This document shows positions 30,870 to 42,255 of a stretch of 64,000 nucleotides of DNA, piece by piece. This stretch comes from a virus (Duplodnaviria > Caudoviricetes): IMG/VR virus record IMGVR_UViG_3300031993_000037, positions 1 through 64,000 of that record; one strand, given 5' to 3'. How positions within the stretch are numbered: the stretch's first letter is position 1; every line of letters starts with the position of its first letter. The notes under the pieces were generated by a model. That model saw only the letters and a program-made list of their open reading frames with translations, searched no databases and was not told the origin of the DNA. The position numbers were made by a program, and so were the translations under genes.

Positions 30870-31406
30870 ATGGTAGATGTAGTAACTCTTACAGAACTTT
30901 GGAAACAGGATGTTGATGGATACCTTCCAATTTTAATGGAGATTTATAATCCAGATATTACATGGTCTGCAGATGAAATCGCAGCTTATGGGCAGGAAAA
31001 TTGTTATCTTCGTTTGATTGCAGATGAATCAAAAGTTATTTATAAAGGAAAAACATATCTCCCTTGTGCTTTTGAATTTACTTCACCAGAAGTGGATGGA
31101 AAGAAAGTTGGAGCTGCGAGTTTGTCAATTACAGCTCTTGATTCAAGAGTAAAGAAACTTTTGCGAATTATTAAAATCCCATCTGATGTAAAGATCGTCT
31201 CTTTATTTGCAAAGACTCAAAAAGACGGAACTACCGGTAAGTTTATTTATAAATTTGCAGAACTTAATTCTACACCATTTAAGATGTCTTCCGCATCAAG
31301 TAATAAAACGACAGCTAATTTTAATCTCACGTTTGGTAAGGACCTTTCTCAAAGCATTCCTTATGACGTTGCTACTCCAGATAGAGTACCTGCGACTAAG
31401 GGGTAG
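30870..31406 (+). CDS. Minor tail protein (DUF1833/gpL-like)
   Basis: Position; G.TYLPCAFEF..P motif. Confidence 0.7.
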   Translation: MVDVVTLTELWKQDVDGYLPILMEIYNPDITWSADEIAAYGQENCYLRLIADESKVIYKGKTYLPCAFEFTSPEVDGKKVGAASLSITALDSRVKKLLRIIKIPSDVKIVSLFAKTQKDGTTGKFIYKFAELNSTPFKMSSASSNKTTANFNLTFGKDLSQSIPYDVATPDRVPATKG

Positions 31407-31409
31407 GTT

Positions 31410-31793
31410 ATGTTACTTGATACAACAGACTTACTTGGAAAATCATATAAAGCTCATGGAAGAGGTCCGGACGCTTATGACTGCTATGGTCTTGTCATTG
31501 AAGTTGAAAAACGTCTCGGTCATACAATGCCAGATTTGTACACGAGACTTTCTAAATGTGATGAATGGGAGTTTGATCCTCATAACGTAGATTTTTCTTC
31601 AGAAATGACCGGCATGGAGAAAACTGAAAATCCGGTATTTGGAGATGTAATTGTTTTTTTTAAGAAAGGAAGAATATATCATACGGCAGTTTACTTAAAG
31701 GACGGAGATTACATTCAGTGTAATCGAGAGGGTGTTCATATAAGTAATTTGAATTATAACCAGGAAAAGATAGAGGTGTACACATGGAAATAA
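31410..31793 (+). CDS. NlpC/P60 tail assembly protein (gpK-like)
   Basis: GRGP..YDCYGLV; GDVIVF....H..VY. Confidence 0.9.
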   Translation: MLLDTTDLLGKSYKAHGRGPDAYDCYGLVIEVEKRLGHTMPDLYTRLSKCDEWEFDPHNVDFSSEMTGMEKTENPVFGDVIVFFKKGRIYHTAVYLKDGDYIQCNREGVHISNLNYNQEKIEVYTWK

Positions 31794-34700
31794 AAGTATA
31801 TAACAACGTCTTTGAAAATAAATTTAGTACTTTCGAATATAATCCAGATAAACCTCTTGTTGAACAAATTGAAGAAAATCTTAATGTTGATTTTTATAAA
31901 GATACTCTGGTTGAATGTTATGACTCAGAAACAGGTAAGACTTTTTATGCTCCAATTGAAGACGAAGAAGATAGTTCTTCTATTATAATTGTAGCTAATG
32001 GACAAAGTGTTGATAAAGATTATATACCTCAAGAACATGATTTAGTATCTGTTTTTTTCACTCCTGCTAGTAGTAGTGGTGGTAAAAGTGGTTCTGGTTC
32101 TGTTATCGGAGCAGTTCTTGGTGCAATTGTTGGTGTTATCGCTGTCGGTATTATGATTTACACTGGCGGTGCTACTGCTCCAATTATTATTCAGGCATTA
32201 AGCGTATTCGCATCTTGTGTTGGTTTGGGATATGCAATTGGAACTTTCATAGACATGAAGAACCAAAACATTGATAACAAAACCAATAAACTTAATGGTG
32301 CTAAAGAAGGTGCTTCAAGTCCTGATGTAAGAGGTGCTGAAAACACTTCTGTCTTAAATGATAATTTCCCATTTGTTATTGGAAAACATTTAGTCACCCC
32401 TCGTGTAATTGGAGACCCTGTAACTACATATTCTGGAACTGATGGTGAAGACGCTTATATAAGAACCCTTTTAGTTGTGGGTTATGCTCCAATGAAGTTG
32501 ACTGACTTCAAACTTGGAGATTTTTGGTTGGCTTACAACCGTGATATGATAAATTCAGAAGGAGAACAAATCTCTCACGACACCATTATCAATGGTCTTC
32601 TTCGTGGATATTCTACTCAAAAAACTGATGACGGAGATATTCTTGATTACTGGAAGCATAATGATATTTCTCTTGAAATTATTCAGCAAAATCCAAATGC
32701 TGCAGTTGATTATGGAACTCTTTATGAATACGCTGCTGATGATCAGTCTATTAATGCAAATGTTCTTTATATTGCTGATAAGCAGCTTAATGAAAATATT
32801 CCAGTTTCTTATAAGGGAGCACAGTTCCCAAGTAAGTTCAGAACAAACGGTGTGTTCTTTACTACTCCATGTCCAAGAAAGTTTACCGTAAACATCCAGT
32901 TTCCTTCTGGACTTTATGCAAGTTATACAAAAACAACTACATCTGGCAGTACTTCTATTACTGATACAATTTATGGCACAATCCCATTGTGGATGGCAAT
33001 TCAGTGGAGAATTGTCAGCACAAGCAATGCTTCATCAAATTCAAATGGTTATGATTATGATCAGTGGAATAATATCAGCTTTGGGAATATGGAAACATTC
33101 ACAAACGAAAAAGCTGCCGCTGATAAATCTGCACATCTTGGAAATGACCTTTCTGGTCATACTCTTGAAGATATTTACCAGGGATGGCTTGGAAAGGATT
33201 TGTGCAATTTTGGTAATTATAGTGGTGAAGACCATATCTCTGAAATTAGACTTTCAAAAACAATTACTCTTACTCAAGAACAGTGTAAACAAGTAATTGC
33301 AGATACAAACCCTTCAAAGATGATTGAGATTCGTGTAATTCGTGTTTCTCCAAACTACATGAATCAGATTTCCACAGATGGACTTCCTGATGACGAAGGA
33401 ATGAGAAGTTACTCTGATTTGACAAAAGTTATATCTATAGTCACAGAAACTTTTGATGAACAGGAACTTAGAATTAATGATACTTTAGTTCCTATCAGAC
33501 CTCTTTCAGAAAGAGATATGAGAAAGTTTACTCTTGTTGCTATCAAAGCGAAAGCTGATGCAAGTGGCTATATTATTAATCAGCTCAAAAAAGTAAACTG
33601 TGTAGCTGAAAGTTTTTCTCCATATTGGGATTCAGCACAGAAAAAGATGCTCCCTGAGGGAGTAACTAAGAAGATTAAATATTATGGTTATTATGATGAG
33701 CATAATAATAAAGTAAACAGAAGCGATGACGCAATAGAACGAGAAATTACAAAAGCACAATATGAAGAAGGTAGACAGGAAGGTTATTCATGGTATCAGG
33801 AAGATGCCGGTTCTACTTTTGAAGATGTTATTAAAGCCATTGTGTTCAACAATGTTGGAACTCATAATGGCAGACCTTGTACAATTCTTACGCCAGCTTC
33901 AAGTATCTTCAATAATAACTCGGTTGCTTCTGGATTTATGTTGGCTTGTGTTGGTCCACAGAATGGAACGGTTGCTCTTGGATATGATGAAGTAAACATT
34001 CTTACAATTGGTGATTGGGCAGAAAAAACCGCAGCATTAAAAGATGGAACCACATTCAACTCAGACACTGTTTATAATGGAGTTCAATACTTAAAGGGTG
34101 ATGAAGTTCCTTTGCGAATGGAAGCAAACGGTTATGTCTGTGCCGGAATTAAGCTGGAAGGACTCCTTGAAAAACTTGCTGTTGCAGGAAGAGCATTATG
34201 GTGCGTTGATGAAACTGGAAAGATTAAGATTGTTATGGACCGCCCTTGTGATTATGTCAAGGGTGTTATCAGTGCCCAGAACTGTATTTCTTCATCTAAT
34301 GTTTTCTCTTATGAAAAGCAGCCAGCTGGTTTATTCATTTCTTTCTCTGATGAGAATGATGGTTATGATAAAAACCAGGTTTACTGTTGGAGTGACGGAA
34401 ACTCTATTTCAAATTATCACGGAGAAGTAGAGCCTTATAACATTGACTTCGTAACTAATCCTTATCAGATTTGGTCTATTGGACGCTATATGCTTGCATA
34501 TAGAATTCTGATGAAGGAAATGCTTACAAGAAAAATTGGAGTAGAAGGTAACACATATTCAATCGGCGATGTTGTTATGATTCAGAGTGAAGACCTTTTG
34601 ATTGGTGACACTTCTGGACGCATTCAAGAAGTTCTTGAAGACAATGGACGTATCTACGGATTTATTACGGACGCACCATTTGAATTCGAAGGAGTTCTTG

Positions 34701-37700
34701 ATACTGATGGAAACTCTACTCAAGGCGTTACTATTCTGCAGCCAGGATACTTAGGTAAGTCTAAAGTAGTAACACTTCCAATTGCTAAAGACGGACATCC
34801 TCAGGTAATTGGCGGCGTAACATACACCCAGAAAAAAGGAACAACAAATCTTATTCTTATTGGTACAACTGACCCGAACCATACATATTACGGAGTAATG
34901 CGTTCTGGTGATGATCCTTCAGATGGCGATGTTATTAAGTATAACATGAAAGAAGGTGACATCTGTATGTTTGGTGTAAGAGATAAAATTTCTGCTCCAT
35001 ACCGCATTATAAAGATTAAACCAGAAAAAGATGGTGGATTCTCAGAGACATTACTTCCTTACAACGAAGACCTTTATAACTCTGGAAAAATGTTACCTGC
35101 ATTCCAGAGTTACATTACAAATCCGCCGGTAGAAGATATGCTTGTATCTTTAAGTGATGTTCCAACAAACATCAAAGATTTGAATGACTCAAGAAAAGGA
35201 ATTCAAAACAGCATAAATATGATTGTAAATGGTGGGGCTAACATTGGAAGTCCTGACACAGTTACTAATATTAATGCTGTTGCCGGAATGTCAAACATTG
35301 CAATAACCTGGGCAGCTCCTGTAAACAACGGTCTTAGAAATAGTGTTAAGTGTTATTATGTTTGGCTTTCAAAGAACGAAGGTTTAACATGGGAGTTAAT
35401 CGGACGTGTTTATAAATCTTCTTTTGAATATGAATATAAAAGAGCAAATCTTACACAGGCTGTTAATAGAGGACCTTGGGCACCGAATACAGCATACGAT
35501 GTAGGTGATACTATAACATACTCTGGCACAAAATATGTCTGCGATATGGCTCATACATCTGGGGAAGAATTTGATACTGCAGAGAAAATAAAATGGATAG
35601 AGTATGACGGATATATGGAGAGAGAAGAGTTTGCTGACTGGCGAGTTAAAGTTATTACTGAAAACCAAGCAGGTCAGCAATCTGGAGATTCTGCATTCTC
35701 TCAAATAGATGTAAGTGGATATGGAACTTTCAAGCCAAGTGTACCTCAGATTATTTCTTGTGAAGCTTCAAGAGATGATATCAAAGTAAACTGGACGATA
35801 TCATTTCAGAGACAACCTTACGCTACGAACCTTTTCAAGGCTTATCTTTATAAGAAAGTGACACATGATGTTGGAGAATGGGCACCAGATACTGTTTATG
35901 ATATAAATGATCTTGTAAAGGTTACTGATACTACAACAGATACTGTTGTAAGATATTATTGTACAACTGCTCATACCTCTGGAAGCGAGTTTGATGCTGC
36001 GGAGCTTGCGAACTGGTCTTTATACGAAGGTATTCCTGTTACAATCATCAGTAACGAATATGGTACTTATACATTCAATAGAAAAACAGACGGTTATCCA
36101 GAAATCTCTGATTTAAGCGGATGGGCCATAAAAATTGTTTGTTATAACACTATTTATGGAGAAACAACAAAAGAGGCTAACTGGTCTGTTGCTGGCTCTA
36201 TAGGAACAAGAGACTATGGAACCTGGGCGTTATCTAAACCTATTATCAATGCAAAGGTAACAGACCGAACCATTATCTTAAATTTCTATCTTACTCCTAC
36301 TGCAAGTAATGTAATTCCTTACGGTGATATCAGATATCGTGTTTACATTAAGAAAACAGGAGTTAATGAAGGATATTGCAAGCCAGCTCTTACTCTTAAT
36401 CCATATGCTGAGTTTGATGTCATTACCAAACAGTGCATTCATGATAATGAGCAGAATTACAAAGATACAGTTATTATGGGTGAGTGGCAGCCTGGATATG
36501 ATTACCACGAGAATTCAATTGTCTCAGAATCTGGAACGATGTACAAATGTACAACAGCTCACTACTCAGGTGCTACTTTTGATGTAGAAGAACAGGCTTA
36601 CTGGGCTGAAAGTGCATGGCAGCCGCAAACTGTATATACAACTAATGAGATTGTAACAGTCGAAGAAAATAATGAAATAAAATATTATAGTTGTAAGATT
36701 GCTCATACATCCGGCTCTACATTTAATAATGTAGAAAAAGAAAAGTGGGAAGAATATCAGAATTATGTTATTTCTTATGACACTTTTGTTCAAACATTAC
36801 CTCTTGAGGGTCAAGGTTTGAACCAGCTTAAGAATACTTCTTATGATTATAAGATTATAGCATTTAATGAAGCTGGAGATAGTCCTGCATCTGACGATGC
36901 GACTATAACTGCTCTTTGTACTAACATTAGAGATATCGTAAAGGCAAATCAGGATTACAAGGAACTTTATATTTCTGACTTGTCTGTTCTTTCTGCAAAC
37001 ATCGGTGCTATTCTTCAGGGTTCTTTAGGAGCCTCTTCTAACCTTTGGGATTTGTCTACATTCGTTGATGATAATGGTAGACAGCATTACGAAGGTAGAT
37101 TCCGAGTTGGTGATGAGAATGAATACCTTCTGGTTGATCCAATTCTTGATGAATTTGGTATGCCAACTGGTAAGTTCAAAATCAGCTTCAAGATGGGTAG
37201 TTTTGAAGTAACAACTCAGATGTCAAAAATTAATGGTGAGTTGATTGTACAGAAAGATGAAAATTCTCTTGATAGAACCAGAATAACTCCAGAGGGTACT
37301 TTCTATGAACACAGAGGAAGTACAAATGCTGAAAGTGAATGGATAGCTGTTGCTAAACAAGAAACTCGTGGTCTTATGACACAGTCTGTTTACAGTTATG
37401 ATTCACTCGTAATAACAAACATGAGCATTGCTGAACGTCGTGCTTTAGGACATGATGTTGGTAAAACGTATCTTTCTGCAAACGCAATCTGTTATCACTT
37501 TGATACAGATGATGAAACAGCAGGAACTGTATCAGAACCAAGACACATTCAGTTACCAATGGACCAGCACCTTTATGACCATAAAGGAAATACTTTGGAA
37601 GATAATGGCGGCTCTATTGAATACTTGTCTGATTCTGATTCTTTACCAAGACTCGTAGATGAGAGCGACAATACATCTGCAAGCCCTATTGATTTCAAAC

Positions 37701-39193
37701 CTGCAATTCTTGCTTTCTCTCCATATTCGGAAATAGCAAAATCTTTGTACGGTGGCTACAAACTTGTACATCCTCTTGGAAATAACTTATGGACTGTTGA
37801 TTTCTGGATTGAATATATGTGGGCTGAAGATCAGACCTTGTTTGATGTAGGAAACGAAGGTGACCGTATTCAGATTTTAATTGCTTATGATGAACCAAAA
37901 TATAACTCACATTATGAGAACGATGACCCTCCTTATGACTATGGAGTAATGTATGAAGATTTACCGGTTTACAACGTTGCGAAACCAGGAGAACAGTATA
38001 TTTATCATACAAGCGGAACATTTGAAGAAAGTTTCATTCTGTCTGAAAAGATTGAAGAATTGTATGGAGAGACATTTAATTTCAATCCAAACACTTGGCT
38101 TCATGCAGGTTTCGTTTTAACTAATGATAAGATTCTGTTTTATGTTGATGTTTATAAAATTGAATTTAATAGACATCAGTTAGGCAATACACCTGGAACC
38201 GCAATATTTAATACAGATAAAAATAGTTTCTGTCTGGACGAACTTTATATAGATACAGTTTCAGAAACTTTTGAAAGTTTCCGACAGTCTTCTTTGGATA
38301 ATATTCCTTGGGGTAATATTCCTTATACACAGAAGAACTTTATTCTTGATGTAAAAGATTTAAGTTCTTTCTATACTAATATTTTCCAGAGTCAGACCTT
38401 TGCAGATGCAGTAGAAAGTATCACACATTCTGGAAGTAGCTGCTATTTCTTGAATTCAAATAGTATGACTGGCGATAATCTTGTTGTAGGCGGTACAACA
38501 AAGATTATGTTTACTGCAGATATTACCGGACCAAATATCTCTACTCCATTTGTAATTAATTATAATGGCGTTGATATTCCAGTTAAGCAGCCAACAAACA
38601 GTGGACTTGCAGATATCTTTGCAAAGAGCGTCAGCAGCACATATATTTACTTCAGAAATAAATCAAGACTTGATTTGGTTTATGATGGAGTTTATTTCGT
38701 ACTCTCGGTAACAGATACTATTGAATCTGGAAATATGAATCCAGTTACAAGTAATGCCATAGCTAATTCAAATGCTATGCCGGTGGACTCTGTTGCTAGT
38801 AATAACATGCATTCTGTTACCTCGAATGCAGTGGCAGACGCTTTAGGTTATCTTGTTTGGGAGAATACAGACCCTCAAGAAATTGGTGATAATGTTACTT
38901 TTAATTATGACAGACCTATTCCTAATGGTTTTACAAGAATCAAAGTAGAATGTGGAAATGTTCTGCCCGGGCTTGGTTATGTATTTTATACAGATTGTCT
39001 AATTGGTAAAAGTAATTATTTATCATTACATTTTACGTCGGCACAAGGTGTTGAATATGCACCTAACCGTATTATAGACCAAATAACAACGACAAGTTTT
39101 AGAGTTGGTATTTGTCGATTTTATAAAAGTGATGTTGGTTTTTCAAATGCTACAGATAGAATTATTCCTTTGAGGATATGGGCGATTAAGTAA
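31784..39193 (+). CDS. Tail tip/host-specificity protein (gpI/J-like) with Fn3, four CBM-like repeats and a LamG-like domain
   Basis: 2469 aa; J-like core; four W.P.T.Y...D.V....Y.C..AHTSG..F repeats; WTVDFW...W.H.GFV LamG-like segment. Confidence 0.85.
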   Translation: MEIKVYNNVFENKFSTFEYNPDKPLVEQIEENLNVDFYKDTLVECYDSETGKTFYAPIEDEEDSSSIIIVANGQSVDKDYIPQEHDLVSVFFTPASSSGGKSGSGSVIGAVLGAIVGVIAVGIMIYTGGATAPIIIQALSVFASCVGLGYAIGTFIDMKNQNIDNKTNKLNGAKEGASSPDVRGAENTSVLNDNFPFVIGKHLVTPRVIGDPVTTYSGTDGEDAYIRTLLVVGYAPMKLTDFKLGDFWLAYNRDMINSEGEQISHDTIINGLLRGYSTQKTDDGDILDYWKHNDISLEIIQQNPNAAVDYGTLYEYAADDQSINANVLYIADKQLNENIPVSYKGAQFPSKFRTNGVFFTTPCPRKFTVNIQFPSGLYASYTKTTTSGSTSITDTIYGTIPLWMAIQWRIVSTSNASSNSNGYDYDQWNNISFGNMETFTNEKAAADKSAHLGNDLSGHTLEDIYQGWLGKDLCNFGNYSGEDHISEIRLSKTITLTQEQCKQVIADTNPSKMIEIRVIRVSPNYMNQISTDGLPDDEGMRSYSDLTKVISIVTETFDEQELRINDTLVPIRPLSERDMRKFTLVAIKAKADASGYIINQLKKVNCVAESFSPYWDSAQKKMLPEGVTKKIKYYGYYDEHNNKVNRSDDAIEREITKAQYEEGRQEGYSWYQEDAGSTFEDVIKAIVFNNVGTHNGRPCTILTPASSIFNNNSVASGFMLACVGPQNGTVALGYDEVNILTIGDWAEKTAALKDGTTFNSDTVYNGVQYLKGDEVPLRMEANGYVCAGIKLEGLLEKLAVAGRALWCVDETGKIKIVMDRPCDYVKGVISAQNCISSSNVFSYEKQPAGLFISFSDENDGYDKNQVYCWSDGNSISNYHGEVEPYNIDFVTNPYQIWSIGRYMLAYRILMKEMLTRKIGVEGNTYSIGDVVMIQSEDLLIGDTSGRIQEVLEDNGRIYGFITDAPFEFEGVLDTDGNSTQGVTILQPGYLGKSKVVTLPIAKDGHPQVIGGVTYTQKKGTTNLILIGTTDPNHTYYGVMRSGDDPSDGDVIKYNMKEGDICMFGVRDKISAPYRIIKIKPEKDGGFSETLLPYNEDLYNSGKMLPAFQSYITNPPVEDMLVSLSDVPTNIKDLNDSRKGIQNSINMIVNGGANIGSPDTVTNINAVAGMSNIAITWAAPVNNGLRNSVKCYYVWLSKNEGLTWELIGRVYKSSFEYEYKRANLTQAVNRGPWAPNTAYDVGDTITYSGTKYVCDMAHTSGEEFDTAEKIKWIEYDGYMEREEFADWRVKVITENQAGQQSGDSAFSQIDVSGYGTFKPSVPQIISCEASRDDIKVNWTISFQRQPYATNLFKAYLYKKVTHDVGEWAPDTVYDINDLVKVTDTTTDTVVRYYCTTAHTSGSEFDAAELANWSLYEGIPVTIISNEYGTYTFNRKTDGYPEISDLSGWAIKIVCYNTIYGETTKEANWSVAGSIGTRDYGTWALSKPIINAKVTDRTIILNFYLTPTASNVIPYGDIRYRVYIKKTGVNEGYCKPALTLNPYAEFDVITKQCIHDNEQNYKDTVIMGEWQPGYDYHENSIVSESGTMYKCTTAHYSGATFDVEEQAYWAESAWQPQTVYTTNEIVTVEENNEIKYYSCKIAHTSGSTFNNVEKEKWEEYQNYVISYDTFVQTLPLEGQGLNQLKNTSYDYKIIAFNEAGDSPASDDATITALCTNIRDIVKANQDYKELYISDLSVLSANIGAILQGSLGASSNLWDLSTFVDDNGRQHYEGRFRVGDENEYLLVDPILDEFGMPTGKFKISFKMGSFEVTTQMSKINGELIVQKDENSLDRTRITPEGTFYEHRGSTNAESEWIAVAKQETRGLMTQSVYSYDSLVITNMSIAERRALGHDVGKTYLSANAICYHFDTDDETAGTVSEPRHIQLPMDQHLYDHKGNTLEDNGGSIEYLSDSDSLPRLVDESDNTSASPIDFKPAILAFSPYSEIAKSLYGGYKLVHPLGNNLWTVDFWIEYMWAEDQTLFDVGNEGDRIQILIAYDEPKYNSHYENDDPPYDYGVMYEDLPVYNVAKPGEQYIYHTSGTFEESFILSEKIEELYGETFNFNPNTWLHAGFVLTNDKILFYVDVYKIEFNRHQLGNTPGTAIFNTDKNSFCLDELYIDTVSETFESFRQSSLDNIPWGNIPYTQKNFILDVKDLSSFYTNIFQSQTFADAVESITHSGSSCYFLNSNSMTGDNLVVGGTTKIMFTADITGPNISTPFVINYNGVDIPVKQPTNSGLADIFAKSVSSTYIYFRNKSRLDLVYDGVYFVLSVTDTIESGNMNPVTSNAIANSNAMPVDSVASNNMHSVTSNAVADALGYLVWENTDPQEIGDNVTFNYDRPIPNGFTRIKVECGNVLPGLGYVFYTDCLIGKSNYLSLHFTSAQGVEYAPNRIIDQITTTSFRVGICRFYKSDVGFSNATDRIIPLRIWAIK

Positions 39194-39280
39194 CAGGAGA
39201 TAAAATATGGCAGTAGCACAGATTAAGACATTATTTAATGTATCAATTTTTTGGGTGTATAAAATAGTAAAGGAGTTCAA

Positions 39281-40276
39281 ATGCCAACAATAGACGCATC
39301 TTTAGACTCGATAAAGATTCCTGCTTTTGAAAATTATGACCCACCTTTTAACAATCCTCCAATTGGTACTCCTGTAGTCAGAGGTCCTGACATTGAAACG
39401 GGAGTATCAGATAATTTGGGTGGTCTCAATATAAGACAAGTAAATGACAACATCGTAGCTCCATTTGTAAAGATGAGACCTATACAGATATTTGAAAATA
39501 CAACACTGGCAAATATTGGGTATGATGCAAAAGTTGTAATAAAAGCACAGTCAACTATAGCACTTACTCTTAATACACCTGCCTACAAAGGATGTAAGCT
39601 GACAATTATTAATACTACCAGTGATTCACACTTATTAAATGCAGCAGGATATTATCAAAATAATTTTGAACTTATACCTAATATAATATTTCAAATAGTA
39701 TGGAATGGTACAATCTGGCAGAATATAACTGCTCCTGGAGTTGGGAAGACTATATCTCAATATCCATTGGAACAATCGCCGGAGTTATTATATCCTTGTG
39801 CTGGATGGTTAGAGATAACATCAAAATTTCAAGGTGCGTTTTTTAGAACAAGAGGTGGAAATGCTGATCCGTTTATAGAGGCTGATGGAACGCTGACCCC
39901 ACAGGCACAGGGTACTGCAGTAAATGGGTTGAAGTTTACTGGTACAAGAGCAAAATCTGGGAAACAAAGTGCACTTGGTTCTGTAACAGAAAGTTCAAGC
40001 CATACACACAGCCCACTTTCCTATAATGGCTATAGACAGTCTTATTCTACAACCAACTCTTGGTATTGTATAGAACAAAATGATACAGGTTCAATATATA
40101 ATACAAACGATTCATCTACTAAAATTACAGTAAGCTCAGTTTCAACGACTGTGCCAGATTTGACAGTAACTGGAAACCATACACACACTATGACGGTAAA
40201 AGGAAAATTGACTTCTACAGATACTGAAACAAGACCTATCAACTTGGCAAAAAGAATATGGTTGAGAGTTGGTTAA
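39281..40276 (+). CDS. Tail fibre/receptor-binding paralogue 1
   Basis: GAFFR, HTH motifs and ETRP.N...W.R C-terminus. Confidence 0.7.
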   Translation: MPTIDASLDSIKIPAFENYDPPFNNPPIGTPVVRGPDIETGVSDNLGGLNIRQVNDNIVAPFVKMRPIQIFENTTLANIGYDAKVVIKAQSTIALTLNTPAYKGCKLTIINTTSDSHLLNAAGYYQNNFELIPNIIFQIVWNGTIWQNITAPGVGKTISQYPLEQSPELLYPCAGWLEITSKFQGAFFRTRGGNADPFIEADGTLTPQAQGTAVNGLKFTGTRAKSGKQSALGSVTESSSHTHSPLSYNGYRQSYSTTNSWYCIEQNDTGSIYNTNDSSTKITVSSVSTTVPDLTVTGNHTHTMTVKGKLTSTDTETRPINLAKRIWLRVG

Positions 40277-40287
40277 GGAAGTAAGAT

Positions 40288-41277
40288 ATGAGCAATGAGT
40301 TAGATTTAACACTTGATTCAATAATGATTCCATCCTCACCTTTGATTCCTTCATTAGACTTTGGAACAGTAGTAACTCCTAATCCTATAAATCACGGTGG
40401 ACTTTCAAGTAGAGAAATGTCAAATAATGTTATGGCGTTTTTTACTAAAATGAGGCCTGTTGTAGTATCGAGCAGCATTGAGACTACGGTGGTTCAGTAT
40501 GATGCCCGTTTAATAATTAATGCAGGAGAACCTATTACACTTACTTTACGAAATGGAGCTTATGAAGGATGTTTGCTTACTATTATAAATCAGACGTCAT
40601 ATACACATACAATATCTTGTACATCGGTAAGCACTAATACACCAATACTTTTGCCGAATAAAGACTGTGTGTTAATTTGGAATGGAACAAAATGGCAGAA
40701 TATCAAAGCACCAGCTATTGGAAAACATGTGGTTCAGTTTCCTCAAGAAAAGAAACCAGAAAATATTTATCCTTGTACCAAATGGGAAGAAATTGATTAT
40801 CAGGGTGCTTTCTTTAGAGCTTATTTAGCAAATGTTTCGGGTGATTTTATTTCATCTGGAACTATAACAAGCCAATCATTACAACCACAGGGAACTCAAG
40901 TTTTCGAGCCTTCAGCAAACAAAGGTTTGTATTTTGAAGGAAGTTCAGCAACGTCAGAAAACGAAGATAGTCACCCAAAAGTTCCAAGTCATACAAGTAC
41001 ACATAATCATAGCTGGGAATATGCAATTTATGATAGCGGAAGTACTTCTGCTGAAAAACTTTTGTACCAAGGTAATACTGCTTCTGGTTATAATAATGAT
41101 GACCAGACTGTTAATAAAGCCACGAATGAGGTTTCTTTTTCTTTAAGATATGATGAAAATGCTGCATGTAACCATAATCATACATTATCGACGCCGGCAG
41201 GAACCGTTAGTTGTAATGGAGATGCAGAAACAAGACCAGACAATTATGCAGCAAAAATTTGGAAAAGGATTGCATAA
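40288..41277 (+). CDS. Tail fibre/receptor-binding paralogue 2
   Basis: Same motif series as 39281. Confidence 0.7.
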   Translation: MSNELDLTLDSIMIPSSPLIPSLDFGTVVTPNPINHGGLSSREMSNNVMAFFTKMRPVVVSSSIETTVVQYDARLIINAGEPITLTLRNGAYEGCLLTIINQTSYTHTISCTSVSTNTPILLPNKDCVLIWNGTKWQNIKAPAIGKHVVQFPQEKKPENIYPCTKWEEIDYQGAFFRAYLANVSGDFISSGTITSQSLQPQGTQVFEPSANKGLYFEGSSATSENEDSHPKVPSHTSTHNHSWEYAIYDSGSTSAEKLLYQGNTASGYNNDDQTVNKATNEVSFSLRYDENAACNHNHTLSTPAGTVSCNGDAETRPDNYAAKIWKRIA

Positions 41278-41286
41278 GGAGATAAT

Positions 41287-42249
41287 ATGAAAGATTTGAC
41301 ATTAGATTCTATTCTTTATCCTGCAATTACTGGCTATAATCCTCCCTTCGGAACAAGAGTAACTAGAACTGTTACTAATGAAGGAGGGCTATCTAGTAGA
41401 GAGGTAAATACAAATATATTAACTCCTTTTGGAAAAATGAGGGCTATTGAAGTAACTTCAAATGACAGTACATCTGAAGTAGAATACGATGCTAAAATTA
41501 TTATCAATAATGAAAGTGATTCAATTCAATTTACGCTAAATAATGCAACATACATTGGTTGTAAAGTTACTATTATTAATAAAAGCACTATAACCCATAC
41601 TCTTCTATGCAGCTCTGTTAGAACAACAGGAAATAATGTTTTACAGGGGTTATCGGTAACAGAGTTGATGTGGAATGGAACTGCCTGGCAAAGTTTGAGT
41701 GCTCCGGCAATAAAAGACAGGGTTATTCAATATCCGCAAGAGATACATCCACAGGACTTGTATCCTTGTACTGAGTGGCAAGAAATTTTATATAACGGTG
41801 CATTTTTTAGAACTTATAAATCTGGCGTTTCTCGTGCATTTAGTGAAGAAAACGAAAGTTTACAAAAACAAGATGCTGCAACAAATGTTAATGGCATTTC
41901 GTTTGTAGGTGAATCTACAGATTTTTCTAACACAAGACCTGACTGGAGTGTTACTTACGATGCAGGAATGCATAGTCATACAATTACAGAAATAGAAAAC
42001 CCTCATTACAGAAGTTCAGGACAAACATATTCTAACAATCCAAAAATTTATAAGGGAAATGCAATGCCTAATATATCTCAAAGGTCTTATAGCCCAACTT
42101 ATAAAGGAATTCATTTTAAGACATCAACTACAATCGGGCTTAGCGGTGATCACCGACATTACATTACTCCAAAAGGAACAATTAAATCTCGTGATTCGGA
42201 AACAAGACCAAAAAACTATACTTTTCGTGTCTGGGAACGAATTAACTAA
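41287..42249 (+). CDS. Tail fibre/receptor-binding paralogue 3
   Basis: Same motif series as 39281. Confidence 0.7.
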   Translation: MKDLTLDSILYPAITGYNPPFGTRVTRTVTNEGGLSSREVNTNILTPFGKMRAIEVTSNDSTSEVEYDAKIIINNESDSIQFTLNNATYIGCKVTIINKSTITHTLLCSSVRTTGNNVLQGLSVTELMWNGTAWQSLSAPAIKDRVIQYPQEIHPQDLYPCTEWQEILYNGAFFRTYKSGVSRAFSEENESLQKQDAATNVNGISFVGESTDFSNTRPDWSVTYDAGMHSHTITEIENPHYRSSGQTYSNNPKIYKGNAMPNISQRSYSPTYKGIHFKTSTTIGLSGDHRHYITPKGTIKSRDSETRPKNYTFRVWERIN

Positions 42250-42255
42250 TTTATA

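Noticed and set aside
12570-42249. Stop-codon reassignment
   Set aside because: Long genes are intact under the standard code, and TAA, TAG and TGA all end genes at sensible boundaries.
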